IMG/VR virus record: IMGVR_UViG_3300017751_000019
Location: 1-56,405 of that record
Strand: one strand, 5' to 3'
From: a virus
Lineage: Duplodnaviria > Caudoviricetes
DNA: 56,405 nt
In this document: positions 26,017-37,600 of the stretch, in pieces
How positions within the stretch are numbered: position 1 is the first letter of the stretch
Layout: each line of letters opens with the position of its first letter
Program-made: the position numbers and the translations under genes
Notes under the pieces: generated by a model
What the model saw: the letters and a program-made list of their open reading frames with translations, nothing else
What the model was told of the DNA's origin: nothing
The model's database searches: none

Positions 26017-27919
26017 TGATGCCTAACCACTCGTTGATTACGTCTAATGGACGAGATAGTTCTTGGCTGATGTCCACCGGGCCACGACCATCAAGTGCCA
26101 TCTCTTTAGCTCGCTGTTTGGTAGAATAGCTGCTTACCAATTTCTTCTTGCCGGATACTTTGTGGACGGCCCAGCCGATGAACTGGATGGGATCATGCAC
26201 CTCTGTCCACTCACGCACCTTGCCGTATCGAATCTCAAGAGCCATCGCAACATACCAATCCTTTGACAGCTTAGCCTCTAGCGCATCCATAGGTGGACGC
26301 TCGTACTTGTCATTCCACATGCCAGCTTTTTGCTTGGCTGTTTCCTCGTCCCTGTAGATTTGGGTGACACGGATTTGAGTTTCGAGGACAGTGAGCTGGT
26401 TGGTTGAGCCCGCTTCTCGTCCTAGTCCATCGTCTCCGGGCTTGTTGCTGTGGTGCAACATGATGACGGTCATGCCTGCATTACGAAGCCGCAGTGCAAG
26501 CCTATTTATCTCTGACCATTCCTCTGCTGAGTTCTCGCTCATGCCAGACCATGCTGTACGTATAGTGTCGAACACAACGATCTCTGGCTTGTAGTACTCA
26601 ACCCAACCCGACATCTCACGAAGACCAGCGGCGGTGCGCATATTTATTTCCTTGTCCTCGAGCCAAGGTGTCCAGACGGAGAACCTATCCTCTGCGTCTC
26701 CAAACATTTCTCGAAGGTCTCCAAGGCGACGACCAAGGTCGCCTTGGCTTAATTCAAAGTCGAAGTAAAGTACACGCGCAGGCTTGTGACACTCGAATGG
26801 GCCGAAGTATCTAGCCCCCGCCGAGAGCGCATATAAGGCGTGCTGGAGGAACATTGTTTTACCTGAGCCCGAGTATCCATGTATCTGAATAATGGTGTTA
26901 GGACGCAACCAAGGCTCGAGAAAGTACTGCCTGTTCTTGCCCTGTTCAATTAGGCCATCGGCATCGGTGACGGTGATCAGTTTCCGCTCACGTTTCTCAC
27001 CATCAAAGACTTCAATGTCGGGACGCTTATAGATGTACTCACCAGAGTTCGGATCGAAACGCTCTGGATGATTACGCCGCTCCATGCGTTCAACACTATC
27101 GAGAGTGTCCTCAAATTCTTTGTCGCGTAGATGTTCGCGGAAGAAGTGATCCATGAATGCGCGGCAACGAACACGAAGCTCGGGGCCGAATGCACCTTGC
27201 AGTACACATTCAGATGCGTATCTCATTACACGTTCGTTGCGACCATTCCCTTGGCCAGCAGGAATCTTTCCATCCTTAAATCCACGCTTCTTTACAAAGG
27301 CTTCTGTGCGCTCCCACTCTGTCATGAGTGCGGTGGGATCGAAACGTATATCGGTAAGGTTTAAGTCCTCAAACACAAACTCATTCTTGGCGTCCACAGA
27401 GTTGCTTGGCGACCAGTCCTTCCATACGGGCATGTCATCGAACATGTCGAGGCCAGAGGGGATGCACCATTTGTAGTTTAACGAGGGTGGTAGTAGTGCA
27501 TAGCTACCATCTCCACGGAAATCTAGCCCGTTAGTCCGAGGCCAATCCGAACCAGTGGAATTACCTCCGGCTCTTGGGCCTCGGCGTACACCATCACGAG
27601 GATGGGTAAACCATAGGTGACATCCTCGCTTAGTGGACACGCGAATAGGTGAACGCATATCACAGCTTAATGCTGAGCTAAGCGCCTCATCGTTATCGCA
27701 GTCCACAATGACAACACCTGAAACCTCACCTGTTACCACGGCTATGTTGGCGTCAGGCCAAGTGGTAAACCACTGCTCTACCTCTTCATGAGTGGGTTGT
27801 CGATTTTGATACTCCTTCCACCTTATTGCAGGGCGCTTTGTATCAGGTCGTATTGGAATGATTGAGAGACCTTGTTCAAGGTACTCAATCGCTGCATCTA
27901 TCAGTGACTCTTGTGGCAT
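26003..27919 (-). CDS. Bifunctional primase-polymerase / RepA-type (AAA_25) helicase
   Basis: GLSIIPI..KRP..W, NIAVVTG..VVIVDCD, GCHLWF, DFRGDGSYALLPPS; GQGNGRN; GYSGSGKT, VLYFDFE, VFDT, LHHSNK. Confidence 0.9.
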   Translation of the reverse strand: MPQESLIDAAIEYLEQGLSIIPIRPDTKRPAIRWKEYQNRQPTHEEVEQWFTTWPDANIAVVTGEVSGVVIVDCDNDEALSSALSCDMRSPIRVSTKRGCHLWFTHPRDGVRRGPRAGGNSTGSDWPRTNGLDFRGDGSYALLPPSLNYKWCIPSGLDMFDDMPVWKDWSPSNSVDAKNEFVFEDLNLTDIRFDPTALMTEWERTEAFVKKRGFKDGKIPAGQGNGRNERVMRYASECVLQGAFGPELRVRCRAFMDHFFREHLRDKEFEDTLDSVERMERRNHPERFDPNSGEYIYKRPDIEVFDGEKRERKLITVTDADGLIEQGKNRQYFLEPWLRPNTIIQIHGYSGSGKTMFLQHALYALSAGARYFGPFECHKPARVLYFDFELSQGDLGRRLGDLREMFGDAEDRFSVWTPWLEDKEINMRTAAGLREMSGWVEYYKPEIVVFDTIRTAWSGMSENSAEEWSEINRLALRLRNAGMTVIMLHHSNKPGDDGLGREAGSTNQLTVLETQIRVTQIYRDEETAKQKAGMWNDKYERPPMDALEAKLSKDWYVAMALEIRYGKVREWTEVHDPIQFIGWAVHKVSGKKKLVSSYSTKQRAKEMALDGRGPVDISQELSRPLDVINEWLGINEAN

Positions 27920-28109
27920 TCATCTCACCTTTAAAGTAATCGTCAATTTTAATTTGTGGTTCAACTTCCTTTATCCGCTCAATAATCCTGCTCGACATCA
28001 TGCCTTGAGCAATCCATCGGTAAGGAGTTGTGCGACTTATTCCAAGTGCCGAAGCTAAAGCGGCGGCACCGCCACAGTCGTCAACGAGTTTCTCAATGTT
28101 TAGTTTCAT
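27885..28109 (-). CDS. Cro-like HTH protein
   Basis: GGAAALASALGISRTTPYRW; first gene of the divergent replication operon. Confidence 0.8.
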   Translation of the reverse strand: MKLNIEKLVDDCGGAAALASALGISRTTPYRWIAQGMMSSRIIERIKEVEPQIKIDDYFKGEMNATRVTDRCSD

Positions 28110-28133
28110 TTTTACTCTTTCGTTATTTATTAG

Positions 28134-28178
28134 TTGACACTGTCGTACTAATGTGACACCTTTAGGTGTCTAATGCAA
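28134..28178. promoter_or_regulatory. Overlapping opposed promoters with operator copy 3
   Basis: TGACACCTTTAGGTGTC (28154-28170) is identical to 12741-12757; plus strand TTGACA-N17-CACCTT; minus strand TTGCAT-N17-CACATT. Confidence 0.7.
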
Positions 28179-28198
28179 CAATTAAAGTGAAGGTTAAT

Positions 28199-28693
28199 AT
28201 GAAATTACGCAAAAGAAGTGCGACGCTTTCGTCGCCAAAGACTATCGTTCCATCAGCCACCCCTACCTATATAGCCTCTGGAATATTTAAAGATGGCCAA
28301 TGGGTTATGGATGCTCCCGAATTTGAGGAGGCCGTCGTTAGCGCAGTGGATTGCCGCGCAAAGATCGATGCACTCAGGGTTCAACTCGATTCAGCGGAAG
28401 CAAAGATTGTCGAGTTAAGTGAGCAGGTGAGTGGCGACACTGAGAAAGACCTCGAGATAAAGGGGTACGGCTTTGATGTAAAGATTAAACGCCGTAACCA
28501 ATATCGATGGGACACACAACGGCTGTCGGAAATATTCAGGAACGATGACTCCTTACCCACGCACGTCAAAAAACAATTATCCGTTGACCGAAAAACTTAT
28601 GAGCGTTTGGATCAGGCGACCAAAAATGTGTTGCGTCCAGCCCTCAATATCGTGAACCAAAAACCATCCCTAAATATTACGAGGAGTAACTAA
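28199..28693 (+). CDS. Hypothetical protein of the recombination module
   Basis: AAGG SD before ATG 28199; TAATG coupling to the Sak4-like gene. Confidence 0.7.
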   Translation: MKLRKRSATLSSPKTIVPSATPTYIASGIFKDGQWVMDAPEFEEAVVSAVDCRAKIDALRVQLDSAEAKIVELSEQVSGDTEKDLEIKGYGFDVKIKRRNQYRWDTQRLSEIFRNDDSLPTHVKKQLSVDRKTYERLDQATKNVLRPALNIVNQKPSLNITRSN

Positions 28694-29466
28694 TGGGTAT
28701 GTTCAACTCAACGAGTACGGCAGGTACTCAACATCACAAGACTCTTATCTATGGTCATCATGGGTACGGCAAAACATTTCAGTGCCGTTTCTATGCCGAA
28801 GAGTACGGCAAGGGTTTAATCATCTCTGGTGAGAGCGGCCTCTCGTCTCTGTCAGATGTGGACATCGACTACGTCAAATTCCACGGATGGGATCGCAAGC
28901 ACTGGCCTAACCTTACCGAAGATCAACTCTGCTTCCGTGACATTCTCAAGCTAGTTATGTCGGAGGACTTCAAGTCACAGGGCTACAAGTGGATAGCCAT
29001 TGATAGCCTTACGGAGATGTCTGATAGATGTATGTCAGATGTGGAGAAGTCTTTCGATAACCCCAATGACATGCGCAAGTGGCAAGACTACGAGCGCCAA
29101 ATGATTGGTGCTCTCAAGCTCATTCGAGATATGCCATACGAAATTCTAATGACCTGCTTAGCCAAAGAAGAAAAGAACGACAACGATGCTGTCGAGTACT
29201 GGCCAATGGTTCAGCAAACTAAGGTTGCTAAAAAATTGCCTGCTTTATTTGACCACGTTTTTTGTGGCATCCGAAGCACCGATGAATCCAGTGGCGCTGT
29301 CACTGTTACCCGCCAGATCATTACGGATGATGTCCGTGGATGGAAAGGCAAAACCCGCGATCCTCGTGGTCGTCTATCACCCGTAGAAAAGTGCGGAAAT
29401 GTCGTGGAGTTGCTGAAGAAAATCAACGCACCCACAAGTCAAATTAAAACTGGAGATAAGAAATGA
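28693..29466 (+). CDS. Sak4-like (AAA_24) ssDNA annealing ATPase
   Basis: LIYGHHGYGKT, SGESGLSSL, IAIDSLTE, GKTR. Confidence 0.85.
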   Translation: MGMFNSTSTAGTQHHKTLIYGHHGYGKTFQCRFYAEEYGKGLIISGESGLSSLSDVDIDYVKFHGWDRKHWPNLTEDQLCFRDILKLVMSEDFKSQGYKWIAIDSLTEMSDRCMSDVEKSFDNPNDMRKWQDYERQMIGALKLIRDMPYEILMTCLAKEEKNDNDAVEYWPMVQQTKVAKKLPALFDHVFCGIRSTDESSGAVTVTRQIITDDVRGWKGKTRDPRGRLSPVEKCGNVVELLKKINAPTSQIKTGDKK

Positions 29467-29993
29467 GTAGTTGGAGTTTCGATAAACTAGACCTCGCTAA
29501 TGTATCTGACGAGGGAGGACGAGCCACACTGCGTCCGGGAAACCATTCTGTGAAAATTGCCGAGGCAGAAATTAAAACTACCAAGGCAGGCACAGGCAAA
29601 TACCTTCAAATCAAACTGGCAAACGAAGAAGGCCAGTACGTTACTGATCGTATTAACGTCCATAACCCTAACCCCAAGGCTACCGAGATTGGCCTAGCGC
29701 GATTGAAAAGTCTGCTGACTTTTGGTGGACATCCTTCCCCTGACAAGCCGGGCGACATCAAGTCGATCATCGGCCTCAAGGTTGGTGTCCGTGTTGAACA
29801 GGGTGAAAGCTGGCAGGACAATGATGGCAACGTGCGACCCGGCGGTGGACAGCCTCGCAACAACGGAGCTTTCTTTGCTTTGGATGGAAGCGTCCAGTTG
29901 GGCGAGAGCGAGCCAGCACCTCAAATGGCATCACCTGCCAAGAGCGGTGGTACAGCGGCGGCATCAATGCCGAATGATGACATCCCCTTTTAG
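29463..29993 (+). CDS. DUF669-like single-stranded DNA binding protein
   Basis: LRPG.H.VKI..AEIKTTKAGTGKYL, INVHNPNPKATEIG; C-terminal DDIPF tail. Confidence 0.85.
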   Translation: MSSWSFDKLDLANVSDEGGRATLRPGNHSVKIAEAEIKTTKAGTGKYLQIKLANEEGQYVTDRINVHNPNPKATEIGLARLKSLLTFGGHPSPDKPGDIKSIIGLKVGVRVEQGESWQDNDGNVRPGGGQPRNNGAFFALDGSVQLGESEPAPQMASPAKSGGTAAASMPNDDIPF

Positions 29994-30028
29994 TTAGGAT
30001 GGGGGCAGGTAACTGCCCCCTAATCTCT

Positions 30029-30835
30029 ATGGAAGAAATGAAAGATAGAATCGACGCAAGTTGGGTAGAGGAGGGCGAGCAAAGAGCCTACCTTGGAGCC
30101 AGCATGATTGGCCATGAGTGTGAAGCATATCTGGCAATGGGTTTGCGAGGTTACCCTAAAAGACCTTTCCCTCCTCACGTCCTCAGAATATTTCAGCTTG
30201 GGCATGTCATTGAAGATTTAGTTGTAGCCCACCTCAAGAAGGCTGGCTATCACGTACAAGAAAAGAACGAGTTCACAGGTCGCCAGTTTGAGTGGAAGGA
30301 TTTGGGTGGACACGTTAAGGCTCATGCTGACGGAATGATTGATCTTGGTACTGGCGTGATGTCATTGCTTGAGATCAAGAGCATGAACGACAAGAAGCAT
30401 AAAGAGTTCGTGCGGAAGGGAATAAAGAATGCCAACCGGACTTATTACGAGCAGATGCAGATGATGATGGGCATGGACGGGCGATTGAAGGATGCCTTGT
30501 TTATTGCCTACAACAAGAATGACAGCACCTATGCTTGCGAGGTTGTTGAATATGATCCGCTTGATTACGCATACATCGTGGACAAGGTTAATCGTATTGT
30601 TGCCGGAAGATCAGTAAAGCTCCGCGCAGTGGAGGGTAAGTTTCCCTGTACTTGGTGCGATAGGGCAACCCTTTGCTGGAGTGATGAGCAAGATTCAGAG
30701 ATACCTACACTTTGTCGTACATGTAACTGGAGTAAACCTACAGATGATGGCGCATGGAAGTGTGCGAAATACAACAAGCGTTGCGAAGACCCATGTGATG
30801 ATTGGGTGAGAATAGAATTGGAGCCAGCACTATGA
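30029..30835 (+). CDS. Cas4-like PD-(D/E)XK exonuclease
   Basis: RAYLGASMIGHEC, F.LGH..E, HADG, LEIKS, YYEQMQ, CTWCD...C. Confidence 0.85.
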   Translation: MEEMKDRIDASWVEEGEQRAYLGASMIGHECEAYLAMGLRGYPKRPFPPHVLRIFQLGHVIEDLVVAHLKKAGYHVQEKNEFTGRQFEWKDLGGHVKAHADGMIDLGTGVMSLLEIKSMNDKKHKEFVRKGIKNANRTYYEQMQMMMGMDGRLKDALFIAYNKNDSTYACEVVEYDPLDYAYIVDKVNRIVAGRSVKLRAVEGKFPCTWCDRATLCWSDEQDSEIPTLCRTCNWSKPTDDGAWKCAKYNKRCEDPCDDWVRIELEPAL

Positions 30836-31125
30836 ATGACAAGACGAAAATAGAAAGGCTTGCTCAACTCAAGGAAGTTTTAATAAACCTTGGTATGGCT
30901 AGATGCGAGCAGATCGAACTCAATCATCAGGTTGAGAGTATGAATGACAGGATCAACCAGTTGAACCTTGATCAGAGCGCGGCCAAGACAAAAGACGCAA
31001 TCATGAAGGTTGTGGACAAGCGTAGACATACCCGAGAGAGACTGACGGAAGTGCGCGTTGAGGTGCAGGAGCTGGAGACTGAGCAACAGAAGATTGAGAG
31101 TGAACTTAAATGGGGAAGAGAATGA
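30832..31125 (+). CDS. Coiled-coil hypothetical protein
   Basis: GGAG SD, ATGA overlap. Confidence 0.7.
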   Translation: MNDKTKIERLAQLKEVLINLGMARCEQIELNHQVESMNDRINQLNLDQSAAKTKDAIMKVVDKRRHTRERLTEVRVEVQELETEQQKIESELKWGRE

Positions 31126-31388
31126 TTGTGAATGAAGATATTTATGGCACTTCATCGAGATCAGATGGTTCGTCTGCTGACTATTACATGTTGCCAGATA
31201 ACGCTACAGAGCTTCAGCATCTGATTAGCGACAAGGACATGAACGCACAGATGGGCGAGATTTTTAGAGCCGTCTATCGATATGGCGAGGCATCTCACAG
31301 CGACATGATGCGGGATGCAAAAAAGATTCGGTTCTACATTGATGCTGAAATTGAGCGACTCGAAAAACTAAACATCTGGCCAAGATGA
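31122..31388 (+). CDS. DUF3310-like protein
   Basis: GSSADYY..ELQHLI..MN...GEIFRAVYRYG..RDAKKIRFY...EIERL. Confidence 0.6.
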   Translation: MIVNEDIYGTSSRSDGSSADYYMLPDNATELQHLISDKDMNAQMGEIFRAVYRYGEASHSDMMRDAKKIRFYIDAEIERLEKLNIWPR

Positions 31389-31612
31389 AGACCCGCATTC
31401 ACGTTAATCAGCACAACATCCGAGCGAACACAAAAGGCGATGACCTTCCTGTTATCACTGTGAAAGACTACAGGCGTAACAGGAAAGTCAATTCAGCCAG
31501 AGTGATGCTAGGTGATACAGAGGTTTGTCGGGTTGTGTATCGGCCTGACAAGCCACTTCCTTGTGGCGCTAAGGTCTGGATAGAGACTGACCTAGATGTT
31601 GAGACTGATTAA
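31385..31612 (+). CDS. Conserved phage hypothetical protein
   Basis: KTRIHVNQHNIR.N..PVITVK..VYRPDKPLPCGAKVWIET. Confidence 0.75.
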   Translation: MKTRIHVNQHNIRANTKGDDLPVITVKDYRRNRKVNSARVMLGDTEVCRVVYRPDKPLPCGAKVWIETDLDVETD

Positions 31613-34600
31613 TCCCAACCCTTAGACCAACCTTTACCCCACGAACTACCTTTCTTTTTAACCTCTCCAGCTATCTCGTCTACTGCGGCTTCCTTGAGCG
31701 GCTTAATTCCTCCAACGACAGGTATGCGTCCAACGACAGACCTAGCGGCTGAACGCTCCTTCCCGTTAGCATCTTCATTGGTGTCAGTCACACCCTGCAC
31801 AACATTGACTGCATCGTTGAATAATCCTACCGATGGGCCAAAGATTGTGCTCGCGATCCTCTGCTTACCATAGGCTCCGTTGTCGAGTTGCTCGGCAGTG
31901 TCGTAGAACATGTTGGCAACAAGACCTAGTCCACCAATCTGAACCATAGACTCCACATACCAGCCAAGATAGTCGTCCCTGTCCCCGTGGATGTTGGTGT
32001 CAAATCCAAATCCTTCGGCTATTTTGCTGAGCTTTCTTTCCCGGAAGGTTTCGTTGTCCTCGCCTCGCTTCTGGACAATGTCCTTGGCTGCGAGTGACAA
32101 AGCACCACCTAGCGGTGCGGCAGTAGCCAACATGAGTAGAGGGCCAAAGCGTCGTCCACCACCAGTGACCGGGTCAACTTCTGTTGCCTGCTTGATTGAG
32201 TCATTGACTAGACGGCCAAGCATGAGAGGGTAACTCTTTAGCTGGAAGATCATCGCACCAACCGGAGTCTGAGCCCACAAGGGTACATCGTTCGGGTTTG
32301 GGGTAAAGATCGCCTCGTTAGCAAACTTGTTCATCGCAGAGCGAAGCTCAGGATGCTGGTTAAAGTCGGTGATGCCACGTATTGAGGTCATGCCGTCATC
32401 AAGATACTTGTCCAGACCATAGCGTCGCAACACTCGGAACGCCTTTTTGAACTGGGTGTTCTGCTGAGTCGCTGGCATGTTTGGATTGTAGTTGGTTAGC
32501 GCACGGTCGTACTCGGTGTAGAAAAACTCCAAGCCCACAGCTCCAGCCATATTCCTGTTGAGGTTTGTCCACGGAGTCAGCATGGTCGCATTGAAAAACG
32601 CGACAGTATTTTTGCTGGCAGCGGTTCCGTGCATCCCGGTTAATCTCTCGTGGACGACATTCTCAATAGCAAGGCCAGCGTTCTGGATAAACGACCGATA
32701 GTGCGGATCGCTTGCGTACTTAGTCATCGCCTTAGTGAAAGCAACTGGGCTACCTGACCGTACTGCCGTAAGCATTGGATCGCCAAGCGAGGTCAGGGTT
32801 GTAAAGCTCAACAAGGATACTGAGTTGAAGTTCCTTACTGCTTTACTCGCGGTGTTCATTGCGGCATAACCAGCCCCTGATGCACCTACAGGCTTACGTT
32901 GAACCGCCCTAAATATCTCCATAGCTGACTTGATGTGCTCGTTGTGCGGTCGGTTGTTGCCCATCCTTACACGGTCTTGAACTCCGCCCACGATAGCTTC
33001 GGATCGCTTGCTGAACACAGCTTTGTCAGCAGGGTCTGCCGACTCATCGAATGCTCTCAAGTACTCAAGCATCTCGGGTGTAGTCGCTCCTCTCTCAGCC
33101 ATCGCCAATAACTCTTGTGCGGCAGCTTTCGCTCCAGCAACGTCATTCTCGAATGGCATCAAGGTTTCCCGAACCAGCTCACCCTCGTCCACAGAACCTG
33201 TGTCGCTGATAGAGCGCATCTTCTTGGAGGTGATCTTCTTTGTGGTCAGCAGCTTCGTGACAGCATCAGTTGTATCGCCTGCGTCCTCGAGGATATTCAT
33301 GTAATCATGGAATCCATGTGACTGATTTCCATACTTAGATGCAAAGTCGATGCGACGAGAGGCTGAGTCAACGTACTTAGCCAGAACACTCTCAAGGTCG
33401 TCCTCAAGGTATCTGCCTACGTCGTCAAGAAGCTCGGGATACTTGTCTAGGCGAATCATTCGTTGATAGTCGATATGATCGCCAGTGACATCACGGCTAC
33501 CACCTGTAGGTGGTTCAACGTAAACGCCGTCCTCATCAATGATATGGCCGAACACTCGTTGAGCTTGGGCTTCTGCATTCTCTCTAGTTAGAACACGTCC
33601 TTCTTCCTTGGCTTCGAGAGCGAAGTAGCGGATGAGACGTTCTTTAAAGTCGGCCTCGTTCTGCATTACTTTTTCCATCGACCAGACTTGAGGGAAGTAG
33701 TTCTCGATGTTGCCGATCATTACGCCAGCATCAACCATTTCTCGACGCAGAGTATTAAATGCTCCGCGTACCATCTTGTAAACACCTTGCTCGTCCACGG
33801 TTAATTTAGCTTCGTGTCGTCCACCGGGTTGATTTCTCAGTGCGTTCACAATATTTCTGTGCGACTGCGGCTGATCCATGCGCATCCGATCTGAGCCCTT
33901 AAAGGACAGGTCAGTTGATCTGCGCAACCAGTTTCCGAACGTGCTCCTTGAGTCGCTAAGCTGTCGCATCTGCTTAAATATCGGGATGAGGATGCCACCA
34001 GTTCGACCATTAGTCCTCTCGAAATGGCCAACACCGCTATCTCGTGGAGGCGCAATCCAGTCAGCTACCCAACTCATTCCGTTCTCGCGTAGACGCTCAC
34101 TGTTGGAGCCAATGGAAACGGTGATGGCGCGCTGTATTGCGCTGGCCTCACGGTTATCTGGGTACTTGCCCCCCATCATCTTGCCGAGACCTGAAGCTGC
34201 GTTTGGATTCACGCCAGAGTTTAGTAGCGTTTGGACAAGAGCAGTTGTTTGAGGCTGACCAATGTTTATGTCGAGGGTCTTAGAGCTGAGAAGGGTTGAT
34301 GTTACAGATTGCAGTTCTATATCAATCGCTGATTCATCACCAATAGGCGGAACATCAAAGTCTCCGTTGTCCACAAACCTAACCTTGGCCGAATCAAAAA
34401 TCTCTGTCTTCTCTATAGGGCGGTCAGTCGGGCTCACCTTCTTGGGGTCATAGCTTGTGAAGCCGTCGAAGCCCATGCGATTTAACTCAAGGCTAAGGTC
34501 GTTGCGGCTGGAGGGTTTGTTTCCCATCATATTAAGAATCATATCGAGCACTTCGTTACCCGCCAAACTATCCGGCTGATTCTGACCAACTTGCGCGGCT

Positions 34601-37600
34601 TGTCGTGCTGTAAAATAATTCTCTTTAATTAGGTGCTTGACCACAGCAGACACAAAGGAGGAGTCATTCGTGTAGCGGGCTCTTGGGCCAAAGTCGGCAA
34701 CATTGCTTGCGCTTATGTAGACAGGCTCCGGGCCACTGACTTCAATGCCAAGTTTGATCAGCTCGTCATCAATAAAGGATATACCGTCTATTAATGACTC
34801 CTCGAGTTTAATTGTGCCGTCCTTTGAATTCCTTGTTGCCTCTTCAAGCCTGTCATTGAGGACTTGTTTTTCATTAAGCAATTCATCGATCTTTGTCTGA
34901 TCTGCATCCGTCCGCTTTCCTTTGCCTTTGATGTCAACAACGCCAGTTTCTTCTGCGGCCTGTGATGAGTATCTGTAGGCAATAGGGTTGCGTCCGCGAT
35001 TGCCAGAGTTTGTGTAAAACACCAGAGGGCGGTCATCACCTTTGCTTAGACCGTCTCCAATAAACTCATTGATAGCTCTTTTCCGAGAGTCAGGGCTGGC
35101 GTTCCATAGTCTAGGCTCTCGGTTCGTGGAAACAATAGGAGGCATTACATCAGGGCGTGCCGGAATGCTAAGGTCGGTCTTTCTTTCAAACAGGTTTCCT
35201 CTGCCATCAATCTGAGGGAAGGCGCGTCTTAGGTCTTTATCTAAGTGTCCGTTAAGAACCAAGGCTACTCGATCTATTATCGCGTCGTAAGCAGCTACCT
35301 GCTCTGCATGGCGAGAAGCGTTATACATTGACCCGTTATCTCGTATGCGATTCATCATCTCACCGATGACATTCCCGTCACTAGAAATAACTGCCTTAGC
35401 TGATGGGTCTATTCCGTCGAGGCGAAGAACCATTTCAACGACTTGCTCTACACCGCCCTCATCACCACGATTTAGCAGTTTTGAGATGTTGCGCATTCTG
35501 TCCCGCAAAGAAGCAAAGGCATCACTGCTGAAGTCGTTATCAAAGGTATCTCTGGAGCCAGCGGTCATAGGATCAAACTCGTCCCCGCGTGCGGCGACAA
35601 CAAGTCGCTGCGCGATACCCTCGTCAGATGCCTCGGAAATATTGTTGAGACGCAAGAAGATGCTCCGGGACTTGTACCCCTCCCGCTTTGTGCGATGACC
35701 CATTTTCTCTTGAGCTTCTCGAACAGATGCTGGCCCACTGGCTGAGAGGCTGTTGGCATCAAGACCCTCGCCCTCACGTATCTCTCTATTAATAGCGTCC
35801 GCTGTGACTGTATCTGTAACTGTGATAGGACTGATGGAGGTGACCCTTTCTGTATTAGCGCGAGCCTCCAGTTCGAGACTAGCCTGAAGCACCTCATCAG
35901 TGAGATTCTTGGCGGCCATTCCATCAGCCTTGATCTTCTCCAGCGAAGATGTGGACATGGTTTTAAAGCTAGGAGACTGGGCAGGGTTTGTCTCAGAAAC
36001 CTGCGGAACTTCTTTTGATTCAATAATTGCTTTTGTTGCCGCTTTTTCTTGGGTGATTTTACGCTCAGCTTTCTGTCTCTGGGCTCGACCCTTGGCAAAA
36101 CGCTCTTTAAAGAAAGTTCGCTGCTGAGACTCTTTTCGCTTCGCAAGGGTTTTACCCTCCGGGAACATCTCAAGGTCTTCATCAATTAGCCTGTTGAATA
36201 CACGCCGCAGATTTTTACTTATGTCTTCGTGAGCTTTTAGGTGCGGTTGTGCATTGCCTTCTAGCGCCAAGAATTTATAGAGATCGTCAGCTTTTTTGGG
36301 ATCAATAAGCTGAGCCGCAAAGTCCACGTCTCCATCAACAAGATCATCAACACTTTCTATTTTAAGAATGTCGAAAATATCTCGGGCCAAACGAGCATTA
36401 GCCGCGTTCGTTTTCTGCGTAAGCTGGAGCGGAGCGAATTCTTTCTTCCGGCCAGTGGCTGACATACCATAAAGGCGTTTAGCAAAATCTAGGGCGGCAT
36501 TTATTAATGCTTCAGGATTAGCAGAGTGATCAGTGTATAACTCCACCTGATACTCAAGGTCATCTACGAGCATATTTAAATCTTTTGCTACCCTTACTAT
36601 AGTTTGGCCAGCAGGGGTAGATGGTGGTGCGGCATCCCTCACTGCCATAGCTTCGCCGCCATCTGGAAGGATACGGGCGAATAATTTTTCTAGGTCGGGG
36701 TCTATATTCTTTGGGTCTAGCGCACGGTTGAATACACCCAGAACAACCTTGGATACTTTTTTCCAAAAGCTGTCTGACACTCCGTGGAATGCCTTAATTG
36801 ATTCCCCATATTGCTGGCTTCGAGCAAACCCGGATGCTTTGTTTTGCATCGTCCACATTGAAAACTGCTCAGCAAAGAACTCTTGAGGTGAGCGGATTCC
36901 CGGAGCATAAAAAACCTCCCCAAGGGTTTCTGCATTTTTAGGTAGCTTGTCAGCAACAGATGCTTCGTTTACCTGACCGTCAGCGTCAATGTATTTTGAC
37001 ATTGCTCCCCAGAACTCTAGCTTGTCCTCAGTGCTTAAAAGGTTGGCATACGTCCAGTGGCCCATCTCATGTGCAAGCGTGCGTATTCGGTCGTTGGGCA
37101 GTTGAGTTTCATCGATTCCCTTTGGCTTAGTGGCAAGAGATATTGAGTTATTTTTCCCACGGTATAAGCCGTCACCCTTGTAGGTATTTCCGTCAAATTT
37201 GGGAGCGCCTCGCCCGCCATCTTTGGCAAGCATCTCAATGAGACGCTTTCCTTCGGCTAACTCTTCGTTAGAGAAATCACTGAATAGTCTTTTGAAGTCT
37301 GCCTGACTGGTCTTGATAGCCAATGTGTCTAGTCGTATGTCTTCGGGGACATATTTTGCTTTAAATTGGTAAAGGTCAGATACAAATTTAATAGTATCTG
37401 TAGCGCCTTTTTCAGGCCAACCGAGAACCAAATCTACATCGGTGATCATCTGGTTGAGATCAGCTTTGCTTGCCACTCCGCCGTTAGCAGACATAAGGTC
37501 AACAAACCGCTCGATAACATCCAGTGGCTTGTAGAAAAGGGCAGACTCAGAATTCGGTAGGTTTTCAGCTAAGGATACAAGTCTTGAGATGTCATCCACG

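Noticed and set aside
30001-30020. Terminator GGGGGCAG-GTAA-CTGCCCCC
   Set aside because: Strong hairpin but no U-tract, and it sits inside an operon; more likely a stabilising or translational element.
30029-30835. CRISPR-Cas system
   Set aside because: A solo Cas4-like nuclease in a Sak4/SSB recombination module; no array or other cas genes.
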